Shown here: positions 24,750 to 36,691 of the stretch, one piece after another
Layout: the number at the start of each line of letters is the position of its first letter
Position numbering within the stretch: position 1 is the first letter of the stretch
Assembly (NCBI GenBank): GCA_051313645.2
Contig: JBNRSN020000003.1
Span: forward strand, 359,910,001-359,974,000
Length of the DNA: 64,000 bases
Reading direction: 5' to 3'
DNA from: Centroscyllium fabricii
Lineage: Eukaryota
Position numbers and translations under genes: made by a program
The notes under the pieces: generated by a model
The model's database searches: none
What the model was told of the DNA's origin: nothing
Seen by the model: only the letters and a program-made list of their open reading frames with translations

Positions 24750-24880
24750 ATAATAATTCTTGCATTTAAATAATGCCTTTTCATGTCAAAGTGTATCAAA
24801 CACTTTACACAGTGAATTACTTTTTGAAATATAGTGACTATTGTACAGGCAAACAATAGATGATTTAATGAATCATATAG
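24750..24880 (-). mobile_element. Old SacSINE1/Deu-type SINE 3' tail remnant
   Basis: Degenerate similarity to the tail segments at 27630-27700 and 29890-29985. Confidence 0.45.
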
Positions 24881-25781
24881 ATTAATTCTCAATCTCAAAT
24901 CTGATCTTCAAGTCATAAAATCATCTTGTATATTAAACACATATTTATTAATAATTTTTCTGTACATAGTTCTCTTTATTGAGTTTTTGTTTCTGCTCAA
25001 AATTGTATCAATAAGTGGATCAAAGTGTTGTACATGATGAAATTATGTTTCCACCAATCAATGCTTTATTGATAACACAATAAACGATGGTTTGCCCTAT
25101 AATGGTGATGAATTATCAGTTAAACAGATTCGGACAGCAGTCATATGGAAAATGTGCTTCAGTTTCCCTTCTGTTAATGACACTGTCACTCTGTCACTTG
25201 TAACAGGCACTTGCCTGTATCTGCTTAGGTTAGTATTAATGACAACATTCACTCTTGATTGATGTCCTGATATCTTTTGGAGTTTTAACAAAACCAATGC
25301 TTCACTTCGGGTGATGTTATTTCAATTCAACAACGTTAAAAGATATTTACTGATTCAAGAATAACATTTCCAATCTAGCTGATAAGCTGCTCTGTAAAAA
25401 CTTTCAGACAAAGACTGTCTGTCTCCTGTGTTTACTGATGTTGGAAAAACCTGGAAATATATCTTCAAATTCTGTGTGTATGCGTGCGTGTGTGTGTAGC
25501 TTCCAGGATCAAATCGTGAGAATTGCGCAAGAATAAATCATTTGGCAATGCAAAAGCACATTTGCAAAAAAATTGGCAAAATGTAATTATACTGGATCCA
25601 GATATTTAAAAAAATAACAATGTTTAATTCAATTAATATTCACCAGCTTATGCCTGTTACCAGAACCTTAAAAATAAATTCTCAGGAAAGTATATTTTCT
25701 TTATTCAAGCCTGCTCGATTAAAAAAAAAAAGAGTTTAAATGAATGTATTGTTACTTGTTTTGCCCGCGTCATGTCATGGT

Positions 25782-27044
25782 CCAAATTTGCAGACGACAC
25801 AAAGCTGGGTGGGAGGGTATGCTGTGAGGAGGATGTCGTGAAACTCCAATGCGATTTGGACAGGGTGGGGGATTGGGCAGACACATGGCAAATGCACTAT
25901 AATGTGGATAAATGTGAGGTTATCCACTTTGGTAGCAAAAACAGGAGGGCAGATTATTATTTGAATGGCAATAGATTGGGAGATGGGGAAGTGCAAAGAG
26001 ACCTGGGTGTTCTTGTGTACCAGTCACTGAAGGTAAGCATGCAGGTGCAACAGGCGGTTAAGAAGGCAAATGGTATGTTGGCCTTCATAGCAAGAGGGTT
26101 CGAATGTAAGGCGGCACGGTGGCATAGTGGTTAGCACTGTTGCCTCACAGTGCCAGGGGTCCGGGTTCAAATCCGGCCTCGGGTGACTATCTGTGTGGAA
26201 TTTGCACATTCTCCCTGTGTCTACGTGGGTTTCCTCCGGGTGCTCCAGTTTCCTCCCACAGTCCAAAGATGTGCGGTTTAGGTTGATTGGCCAGGATAAA
26301 TCGACCCTTAGTGTTAGGGGGGATTAAATATGTGGGGTTACGGGGATAGGGTGCGATATGTGTCGGTGCAGGCTCGATGGGCCGAAATGGCCTCTATCTG
26401 TACTGTAGGGATTCTATGATTCTATGATAAGAACAAGGATGTCTTGCTGCAGCTCTACAGGCCTTGGTGAGACCACACCTCGAGTATTGTGTGCAGTTTT
26501 GTCACCTCATCTGAGGAAGGACATTCTTGCCATGGAAGGAGTGCAGCGAAGATTCACCAGGCTGATACCTGGGATGGCAGGAATGACGTATGGGGAGAGA
26601 TTGAGTCGATTGGGCTTATACTCACTGGAGTTCAGACGATTGAGAGGGGATCTCATCGAAACCTATAAAATTCTTTCAGGCCTGGACAGACTGGATGCAG
26701 GAAGGATGTTTCTGATGAAAGGGGAGTCCAGAACCGTGGGCCATAGTCTAAGGATAAGGGGAAAGCCATTTAGGACTGAGATGAGGGGGAATTTCTTCAC
26801 CCAGAGAGTGGTGAACCTGTGGAATTCTCGGCCACAGATGGCGGTGGAGGCCAATTCATTAAATATATTCAAGAAGGAGTTGGATATATTTCTTCAGGCT
26901 GAAGGAATCAAGGGATATGGGGATAAGGCAGGGGCAGGGTGCTGGGTTTGGATGATCAGTCATGATCTCATTGAATGGCGGAGCAGGCTCGAAGGGCCGA
27001 ATGGCCGACTCCTGCTCCTATCTTCTATGTTTCTATGTTTCTAT
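25782..27044 (+). mobile_element. 5'-truncated CR1 LINE 3' portion (HER1-like)
   Basis: SKFADDTKLGG...RLRGDLIETYKIL...NFFTQRVVNLWNS; 3' UTR and (TTCTATGT)n tail of the same type as the V-SINE tails. Confidence 0.93.
26111..26427 (+). mobile_element. Full-length V-SINE, short-tail variant, inside the CR1
   Basis: tRNA head GCGGCACGGTGGCATAGTGGTTAGCAC, V-domain, tail (GATTCTAT)n and TSD TAAG. Confidence 0.92.
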
Positions 27045-27629
27045 ATCACTCCAAGACCTCTCCATTTGCTGTGTCCTGCTGAAATCAATAAAAAAATAAA
27101 GTTTAACTCAAATGCAGAGCCTTTTTAAAAATCTAATCAGTACTATTGTAGCAATATAATACACAATGTGGATTGATGGTTTGTGAAGTGGATTATTTTC
27201 TCCAGGCTACACTCCAATTCATATCGACCCTTGATAATTCCTGACTGCTGATATTCAATACTAATGGTGTTATGTACCACCTTCTCCACAGCACTAATAT
27301 TCAAATTCATGAGCCGATCTGTGATAAGTGGCAATTGTGCCTGATTATTATGCTTTTTATCATTTGCTTCTGTTTATATCAACTCCAAGATCTAAATGAT
27401 TTTACTTGAAGAAGTTTTGAAGAAGCTGATGGGTGTCTCTGCCATCCAGAGCTTATAATTGAACTGTAATGACACCGCAAAGCCACACATTCATCAGTGA
27501 AAGTGCCCTTGCAGGGAGTGCTGATTGGAGACGTAGCTATGACACTGGAACTCAGACTTTTCAACCCACACTCCCTGCGAGTGTGACTTCCCCCGGGAGT
27601 GCGGGAACACCCCATAGCAGCCTATCAAG

Positions 27630-29630
27630 TTAAAGCGTTTCAAAGCACCTCAGACAATGAATTGCTTTTGAAGCGTAGTGATTGTAGCTATGCAGGCAAA
27701 TACAGCAGCCATTCTGTATCAACAACATCCCACGAACAACCGTGAGATGATTGATCACTTAATCTGTTTTTAAGTGTTAGGTTGAGGGAGGAATGTTGTG
27801 TAGGAGGTGGCCTGTGGTTCAGCTTTGCCTCTGACTGTCTGAGCGGTTGGAATCGCTCCCACGCCCCTGAGGTTCTAGACTCTGGACTTCGGTACAGGCG
27901 GCGATACAAAATTGGAGTAGACAACAAGGTTTGGTGCAAGAAAACTGCTTCATTTAGAGTCACAATAAAATTATAACTTTGAGAGATTACACATAAATTA
28001 CTGGAATAGTTACAGGCATTCAAGAGTACATTTAATTAGGAATGGGGAACACATGGCACAACGAGGGAAAAATCACGTTAATAATCGCCCTACCCTTGTC
28101 CCACCCCCAATACCGAACTAAATTATACTAAAAGGGTCAGGGATCATGCTCACCAACAGGGGTTTCTGGACAGTTCGAATCTGTCAGTTAAGCCGGTTAC
28201 AGTTTTGGGGTTCGCTCTTTGTGTCCTTTGGGGCCTGCCATCTCCACGTAGTACCAGTCTTAGAATCTGTGAAGGTCCTTCAGTTTGGTGGAATCTGCTG
28301 ATGCGGTTGGGTGCGGTTGTGGATTTGTCTAGTGAGTACCCACTTTTCTCTGTTAGAAATAGGGAGAGTAAAATCTTTGTTGGGTACTTTAGCTTGTAAA
28401 GTGGAAAGCTTCGGGTTTTGTTCTTCCGGTGGTATCTGGTCATCGAGTTTTGTTGCGGTTGGTGTTTGGTTGGCGGTCTTTGGTGTCGGCTTGGTCACGG
28501 TGGCCTAGATCATTACCTGTGTAGTCCTTTGTTACCGTGGTTCTTATGGTTGGTCCTCGTGTCGTGCTGTCTTTGATAGAGCCTGCCCCACCATGCCTCC
28601 TTTCTGTGATGTTTCCGTGAACCTTTCTGTTAGCTCCTTTGCGAATTATCTTCCCGACTGTCCCCTTGAATGCTTGCATGCTTGGTTATGGGTGGGCCTA
28701 CATTTATACTGTTTTTGAATTTGTCATCTGCGTGCCAAATCAAGGTTAGTTCTTTGTCTGAATTTTGGCGGGCTAACTAAGGTGATTATAGCCATTCACC
28801 TTAACTGCTTTTTGAGTGGTTGTCTCCTTGCTAAATGGCTTTAATGTCTTGGGTGTTTGTTATGCATAATATTGATCGGTGTCTTCCTGGCTTGGTAGCT
28901 AGCTCGAAGGTGGCTTTAATATCTTGGGTGTTTGTTACGTATAATGTTATTCAGTGTCTTCCTGGCTTGGTGGCTAGTTCGAACTGTAAGCAATTATTTA
29001 TGCATAGTTTTGATGGGCTTTAGGTCTGATCAAGATTAGGTCTTTTCCTGAGTTGATTGTGAAAATGTGTATTCCGTCTCATCCAGTTGTCTGGTTTCAA
29101 AAGGTGTTTGCCTGCATGCTCAGGCATGTCAAGTTTAAGCCTTTCAAAATTGACTGGCTGTCTGCAGGGATTTACTTTAAACTTGCAGGTTTTGCCATAA
29201 AGTCCAAAAGCCATTTCCTTCAGGGTTCCCTTATCGTTAACTTGCCCTTCAGGGTCCCTTATTAATAACTTGGGAAATGGGAGAATTTTGAGAATCCTAT
29301 AGTTGGTAAGACCATTTGGAGAATTCTGATCCTTTTGAATACTGCCTTGAGATCTTTACCATTCACCTGAACCACTGGAGCTGGCAATTTTTTTCTTTAC
29401 GTTCCCAATTGAGAGCCTTGTCCGTTGGGACAGAATATCAGAAAATCATGCCAGCTCTGCGGCTGAATTTCTGATACGTGTTTCTGGTGAGCAAGGCTCC
29501 CTATCCAGTAGTATGAAGACAAAAAATGACCTCTAACATCTAATCCAAGAGATGGCACCTCTAAGAGTGCAGCACTCCCTCATACAACACTGGAGTGTCG
29601 GCCAAGGTTATGCGTTCAGGTTCTGGTGAA
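27630..29630 (-). mobile_element. Old SacSINE1/AmnSINE1-like (Deu-domain) SINE split by a solo LTR
   Basis: Segments 27630-27798 and 29302-29630 resemble the Deu-SINE consensus (GAGGGAGTGCTGCAC, TCCCTCAAC and AACAGATT on minus). Recognised from memory of the family. Confidence 0.6.
27799..29301 (-). mobile_element. 1.5-kb solo LTR (ERV-like or Gypsy)
   Basis: Inverted termini TGTAGGA...TCCTA(T)A, 4-bp TSD GTTG, and an internal ~76-bp tandem duplication at about 28835-28985. Orientation tentative. Confidence 0.75.
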
Positions 29631-29889
29631 TTGTTTCCTTTGGTCAGAAATGTTGGGTAATCAGAGCACAGTTAATAGTGTGCAATTAGCTTCTCCTTAT
29701 TAAAAAAGGACCTCTTTCGAAAAGGACCAGCCACTGGTTATTCCATGAGCTTGTTCCATGTCATTCATATGCAATGCAATTAATGTTGAAAGATTCAGTA
29801 ATCCTAACATCAGTACTCAAAAAAAATTGTAACTAATTATCAAGAAATGCAATGACCAACATGCATTATAGGAGTATTCCTAAGTACCA

Positions 29890-29985
29890 ACAATCACTGC
29901 ACTTGAAGATAATTCATTAACTGTGAAGATTGTTGAGATGTTTTTGAGATGGGTGATACGGCACTATATAAATGCGACTCTTTCT
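29890..29985 (+). mobile_element. Deu-type SINE 3' tail remnant
   Basis: Ends in GGCACTATATAAATGCGACTCTTTC, matching the tail style of this family. Confidence 0.5.
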
Positions 29986-30017
29986 TAACACTTTCACTTG
30001 GCTTCCCTGCAGTTTAG

Positions 30018-30563
30018 GATGAAAATCAGTATTATAACAAACAGTTTGCTATGTCGATGTGTGATTCAGTACTGTCATTCTTCCCCCCTCCCCCTGTCAA
30101 TCATAAAAACTGACATAGCATGAATGTTGTCCAATATTCATGCAGCAGCCATACAAAGCTTGTTTTTTTTACAGCTCAGCGTACTCCGGAACAATATTAA
30201 TCAGTAAAGGCTCAGTAATGTCTACAGTTGATTTTTTTTCTGTCCGGCGGCCTATGCAGCTCCTTTAGGAAGTATTAACTTTCGAACAGATCTCCTCCAA
30301 TCTGTGTAACACTGATCTCCCACATTTACCATCTGTAGCTGTGAGGTGAGAATACCCTGAGGGAAGAAGTTTATTATTTCTGGTCTAAAAACAAGCTTTG
30401 TATGGCTGCTGCATGAACATTTCACAGCATTCATATTATGTTAGTTGTTATGATTGACAGGGTGGGGGGGGGGAAGAATTACAGTAACAAATCACACGTC
30501 AACATGGCAAACTAGTTGGTTTACTGCTTGGGAGGGGGAGGTTTGATTCTACCAGTTTTCATG
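30018..30563. repeat. Long imperfect inverted repeat (fold-back or old MITE)
   Basis: Arms at about 30035-30168 and 30387-30522 are reverse complements, with core TTCATGCAGCAGCCATACAAAGCTTGTTTT. Confidence 0.85.
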
Positions 30564-31439
30564 ATGTCTAGATAAAACAAGCAGCACACATCTGCCTGAC
30601 CTGATTGTAGTCTCAAGTCGGCAAGGCTCTCATATTATTGAAAGTTACGAATGGAGATGAGGCCGTAATATGCTGAGTTGCAGGCAGTGTGGTGTAATCT
30701 GATAGCATAATGGCAAGGGGCATTATGGGAGGGTCAAAGGTCATTACTTGAGGTTCCAGGTGACAGGAAAACGAGAGGGAAACTGAAACCAAAAGTACTG
30801 TGTAACGTGTGTTCTGGTTGCTGGAATAAAAGACACAAAAGATATACACTCTTGATGTTTTTGCCCACGCGCAAGTTTGAATAATTGGACATGGTGTCAG
30901 AGTGACTTCAAGTGAGTGTAGAGAGAGTAGTTTTGCCGTGTTCTGAAGAAGTTTGGTCGAGAGTTGTGAAACAGTGCTAGCTAGGCTACTATGTCGACGG
31001 ATGAAGCTGTCGGAAGACAACAAGCCGGTCCGAGTCCACAACAGGTAGCAGCAGCCGCGGGGATGGCTCAACCACCACCCGTGCCGGGGCCCAGTGCTAC
31101 ATTCAGCATCCAGCCACTGGAGCCGTTTGACTTCACCAAACCCCAAGAATGGGAAAAGTGGATACGGAGGTTTGAGTGCTTTCGTCAGGCCAGTAACCTC
31201 CATACAACCACACAGGTGAACCAAGTGAACACTCTTATGTACTGTATGGGAGACGAAGCGGATGACGTTCTGAAAGGACTGAATCTATCCGACGCTCAAC
31301 AACTACAGTATGACGCAGTAAGAGATGGAGTTTTGGCATTCTTTGTGTTGAAGAAGAACGTGATTTATGAAAGAGCACGTTTTAATATGAGGAAGCAAGG
31401 AACAGGTGAAACAATCGATTCTTTTGTGACCGCATTGTA

Positions 31440-31835
31440 GAAACATAGAAACATAGAAACATAGAAATTAGGAGCAGGAGTAGGCCATTCGGCCCTTCGA
31501 GCCTGCTCCACCATTCAATGAGATCATGGCTGATCATCCAAACCGAGTACCCTGTCCCTGCCTTGTCCCCATATCCCTTGATCCCTATCGAGCCTACACC
31601 AACACATATCCCACCCTATCCCCGTAACCCCACATGTTTAATCCCCTAACATTAAGGGTCAATTTATCCTGGCCAATCAACCTAACCCGCACATCTTTGG
31701 ACTGTGGGAGGAAACCGGAGCACCCGGAGAAAACCCACGCAGACACGGGGAGAATGTGCAAACTCCACACAGATAGTACCCGGGTCTCTATTGCTGTAAG
31801 GCAACAGTGCTAACCACTATGCCACTGTGCCGCCC
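31440..31835 (-). mobile_element. Full-length V-SINE in Gypsy D gag
   Basis: Same family as 7027-7438, with a small deletion near the B-box. Confidence 0.92.
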
Positions 31836-31958
31836 ACTAGTATACTGTATTCGCTGCTCATGATGCGGTCTCCTCTACATTGGGGAGACCAAACGCAGAT
31901 TGGGTGACCGCTTTGCGGAACACCTCCGTTCAGTCCGTAAGGGGGACCCTGAGCTCTG
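31836..31958 (+). mobile_element. Penelope GIY-YIG endonuclease fragment attached to the SINE 5' end
   Basis: Translates as VYCIRCS*CGLLYIGETKRRLGDRFAEHLRSVRKGDPEL and aligns with 53443-53560. Confidence 0.88.
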
Positions 31959-34900
31959 ATTGTATACCTTGGCTGAACACTGTAACTACAGAGCTTTGCA
32001 TGATGAACTGATTAGGGACAGGGTGGTTGTCGGGCTCGCAGACGTGCGCCTGTCAGAGAGAATGCAGCTGGATAAAGACCTCACGCTAGAAAAAGCGATG
32101 GCAATGGCCAGACAGATGGAAGCAGTGAGACAGCAACAGTGCAACCTGCGGGGAGAAAATACTAAGGAGACATGCTCTGTGGATAAAGTCGTGAGTAAAG
32201 GCAAACAATTTCATAGAAATAAGAAGTTTAACAAGCCAAACAAAACGTACACAGAGAAAAATAAGGCACAGTCAAAATCATGCTTCAAATGTGGAAACAG
32301 TCCCTCACATCCAAAAACGGAGTGCCCTGCTAATGATGTAATGTGTCATGCGTGTGGCAAGAAAGGCCATTTTAAGCGTGTGTGTGCATCCTCCAAAGTT
32401 GTGCACGAGGTACAAGAAGAAGAGGAGGACAGCAGCTTATTCCTGGGCACAGTGGCAGCAGGCGGAGATCCTTGGATGGTGAACCTGAATATCAAAGACA
32501 GAAAGGTCAAATTTAAAATAGACACTGGCGCTGATGTGACTGTTATCCCTGACTATGTGTTTAATGCTGTATTCAAAGGTGACATTCCAAAACTTCAACA
32601 AGCAAAGAGGCCGATACTGGGACCAGGATGCACTCCACTGGATGTCCTGGGAGTCTCAAACATCACGCTACAGAAAGGAGGACAGCAGATACAACAGAAT
32701 AACTCTCAACATGGAGAAATGTGAGTTCTCAGTAAGGGAAGTTAAATTCCTGGGTCACATAATTACAGATGAGGGAGTAAAGTCAGACCCGACTAAAACA
32801 GCAGCAGTAAGAGAGATGCAGGAGCCCACCAATGTAAGTGAGCTACGCAGCTTCCTGGGGATGGTGAATCAGTTAGGAAAGTTTATCCCTCAGCTAGCAG
32901 AAAAGGATAAACCACTCAGAGACTTGCTGTCTAAGAAAAATCACTGGCTCTGGGGAGTCGACCAGGTCAAAGCCTTCAACAGCCTGAAGGAGGAGCTGCC
33001 GAGCACACCTGTGCTAGCTCTGTATGATCCCAACAAAGATAGTAAGGCATCAGCAGACACGTCCAGTACCGGACTGGGAGCGGTCCTGCTACAGAAATGG
33101 GGTGAGGAATGGAGGCCTGTTGCCTATGCTTCCAGATCTCTCTCACCAGTCGAGCAGAGATACGCACAGATAGAAAAAGAGGCGCTGGCGCTGACATGGG
33201 CCTGTGAAAGGTTCAGAGACTTTCTGATAGGCCAACACTTTGAGTTAGAGACAGATCATAAACCTCTGCTAAGTCTTCTGGGGGCCCAAACGTTGGACGC
33301 CTTACACCCCAGGATCCAGCGTTTCAGAAGGAGACTGATGAGGTATTCTAACATAATATCTCATGTTCCTGGAAAAAGCTTGTGGACCACAAACACGCTG
33401 TCACGAGCACCGATGGAGAACAACACAGTAGACACAGACACAGAGCTCATGGAGAGCACAAATATCTATGTGGACAGCATCATGGAGAACCTCCCAGCAA
33501 GCATTTCCTACCTGGACAACCTGAGAGAGCACCTGAAAACAGATGTGTGCTCTACCATCATGCAGATGTGTCGGGATGGATGGCCTGAGTACAACGCATG
33601 TGAGGGAACTTTAAAACTGTACTGGACGGAGCGCGCCTTCCTAACCGTACAGGACGGTCTTCTACTGAAGGGCACAAAGCTGGTCATTCCTTCACCCCTA
33701 AGGAATGATGTCCTCGATAAGCTACATGAAGGACATCAGGGCGTCGTGAAATGTAGGGAGCGGGCGCGACAGAGTGTGTGGTGGCCTGGCCTGAGCCAGC
33801 AACTAAACGAGCTAGTGCTAAGCTGTAGAACCTGTATCAGAGAACGTACAAACCACGCAGAGCCGCTCATCCAGACAGAACTTCCTGACAGACCCTGGCA
33901 AAAGTTAGGGGCGGATTTGTTTGCACTTAAAGGTAAAACCTACCTGCTGGTGGTGGACTATTACTCGAGGTATGTTGAGATAGCGAACCTCACCTTCACT
34001 AAGTCCACTGATGTTACAGTTCATCTCAAATCAATGTTCGCGCATCATGGAATACCTGACACACTAGTGACTGATAACGGGCCGATATTCTCGTGTGGCA
34101 CATTCTCAGCCTTCGCCGCGACATATGGATTCCAGCATGTAACCAGCAGCCCGAGATATCCGAAAAGCAACGGAGAAGCAGAACGTGCTGTTCAGACGGT
34201 AAAGAATCTCCTCAAGAAAGCCATTGATCCATATCTTGCCTTGCTGGCATACAGATCAACGCCACTCCAGAATGGATTTAGTCCTGCTCAGCTGCTGATG
34301 GGGTGCCAGCTTCCCACTACTGTGCCAACCTCTCCATCGTTATTGGACCCAGCACTGCCGAGCAGCACCACAGTTAAGTCGAAGGAGAAGGAGAGAAGGA
34401 GCGCTGATCTGACACGCTACAACAAGCGTCACCGAGCGTCTGATCTCAGCAGTCTCCCATCCGGGCAACAGGTGTGGGTGACTGACGCCAAAGTCACTGG
34501 GACAGTGGTGAATGAACACTCAGCACCACGATCCTACATAGTAGACGTGCCTCAGGGGACTGTACGTAGAAACAGGCACCATCTTATTCCTATTGTCGGA
34601 CCTGAGAGCGTCATGGACACAACCAACTTACAGGTGCCTGCCCAGACACACACTCCTGTGTCAACCCCGAGACCACAAACACCTAGTCTGGAGCACACTT
34701 TCAGAACGATATCTGGAAGACCTGTAGTAAATCCCACTAGATTTGACTTGTGAAAAAAAAATGGTTAAGATAACAACTGGGGGGGAAAGAAACATTGCTG
34801 TGTAAAGAATTGAATGTGGGGAATGCATATCCTGGTCACTGTTTATGGAAAATTCCTTATATAAGGTGTTCTGATAAAGCGAATTATTATGTGACAATAT

Positions 34901-35564
34901 TGTTTTAGAGAAAATACTTATGTTAATGGCAATGTTAATTTATAAGCCAAAAGTAAACAAAGAAGCAAAGGTATGGTTTTGTTTAACTGAAAAGGGGAGA
35001 TGTGGTGTAATCTGATAGCATAATGGCAAGGGACATTATGGGAGGGTCAAAGGTCATTACTTGAGATTCTAGGTGACAGGAAACAGAAGGGAAACTGAAA
35101 CCAAAAGTACTGTGTTAACATGTGTTCTGGTTGCTGGAATAAAAGACACAAAAGATATACACTCTTGATGTTTTTGCCCATGCGCAAGTTTGAATAATAC
35201 GACAGGCAGGACACCCCAACAGCTGCTGCAGTGGTCACTCGTCTTCATAAGGAAACAGGTGTGCCTTCGCTAACACATGTAGCATGTACAAACACGGATT
35301 TAATTTTGCTTTAAAATAACATTTTTAAGCTTATTAGATATTTTAAAGACTTTGCTGTTGGTCTTTTTCTTTGTCACAATGGGTCTCTGTGCCCAGCAGC
35401 ACATTATAATTAACCACCGTGGAATTAAGTGCAATTTTGCAAGTCACAATGGGCCTTTGTGTTACACAGAACACTGCTGTTAACCTTTGTAAATCAACAG
35501 AATACAGGCAGTGGCAGCAAATGTAATATTGCTCGGGGCTGAGCTATCTGCAAGATTTTATATT

Positions 35565-36322
35565 GGCCCAGAAATTGCAGTGGAGCCTTCGTGTGGGTGC
35601 AGTACCTGCTTAACGCACTTGAATTGTCCATATTCAGGTTTGCTTTTTTGCACTCAGAAATTGCAGTTACCCAGCTTGTCAGAGCTCTGTGCGAGCTTCA
35701 TGGGCATCTGAAGGGCGTAATTAGTGCGAGATGGCTTTTGAGACCATCTGATTGGCAGGGAGCCAATCAGTGGAACCAATTCTCCGTTCAAAACTTCCAC
35801 TGAGAAATCTGTGCAAGCTCTGAAAGGAGAGATTGCCCAAAAGACATCTAAACACAAAAATAACATTTTACAAACACTACAGTTTAACATTACCCCAACT
35901 CACACAAATAACCTATTTTAAAGAAAAAATAAAAATTTACAGAAACATTTTTCAACTTCCAACAGGTCTAAAAAAAACTTACCTGTCTTTAAAGTTATCA
36001 ACAATTAAAAACCTGAAAAAACAACAATTAAAAATCAATAAAATACACACTTACCAGATAAAAACGGCTACTTACGACTGCTTTTTCCCAGCGTAGAATA
36101 TCCTGGTCTTGATCCATAGAAAAACTTTAAAAAAAGAATCTGAATGTCTGGACGCACCCATAGTTCGATGCTTCCTGCGCTGGACCTCGCAGGAACTCCA
36201 ACCCCCCCCCGCTGGCCGGCATAGGAAAACCCGAAGCTGCGCTACCGGCTGCTTCCTGCGGGTTTAAGCTCTGGTGCGCTCGCACCATAAACCCGATATG
36301 GGCAGACTGGAATTTCTGGCCC
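35565..36322. mobile_element. Harbinger-type MITE, copy 1
   Basis: TIR GGCCCAGAAATTGCAGT / ACTGGAATTTCTGGCCC and TSD ATT; highly similar to 54044-54806. Confidence 0.92.
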
Positions 36323-36691
36323 ATTGTATTGAAGGCTGCTCGTTTAATCCAGCTACAATGGCACGATGCATTGGCTGATCAACAAGCTGTACCATGCCTG
36401 TGTTCAAACTCCTGATCTCAGTTGGTGAGCTGTGAGCTAGTGGGGCAATTAACTCTCCCCAAGGACATTTTTGGTTATGACTGGGCCACAGTGGTTACAT
36501 GTATACTAGTCATAGCTGCCTAGGGAATGTGCAGTGTGCAAAGAACTAAGGAAAATAATGCATATCTTTTTTTTAAAGTATTTTAAAAAGAGCCACTCAT
36601 CTCACCCATCTGCAGACAGCATTATCAGTAGTTCTGGTACTGGACCAGCAACCCAGAGAGGTTGTGAGTTCAAATCCCACCATGGTAAGTT

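Larger units (their letters stand above)
30991..34753 (+). pseudogene. Gypsy D gag-pol remnant (gag, two CCHC, KIDTGA protease, RT C-terminus, RNase H, integrase)
   Basis: ORFs 30991-31440, 31960-32724 and 32555-34753. The protease runs directly into ITLNMEKCEF, so the RT core including YxDD is absent. Confidence 0.92.
30688..35204 (+). mobile_element. Ty3/Gypsy (Mag-like) LTR retrotransposon D with internal RT deletion
   Basis: 204-bp LTRs at 30688-30891 and 35001-35204, TSD GGCAG, PBS TGGTGTCAGAGTG (tRNA-Leu-like) at 30892, and PPT AAAAGGGGAGA. Confidence 0.96.

Noticed and set aside
26111-26185. tRNA gene (also at 40640, 7360-7438 and 37350-37425)
   Set aside because: These are tRNA-derived SINE heads continuing into the V-domain and LINE tail.
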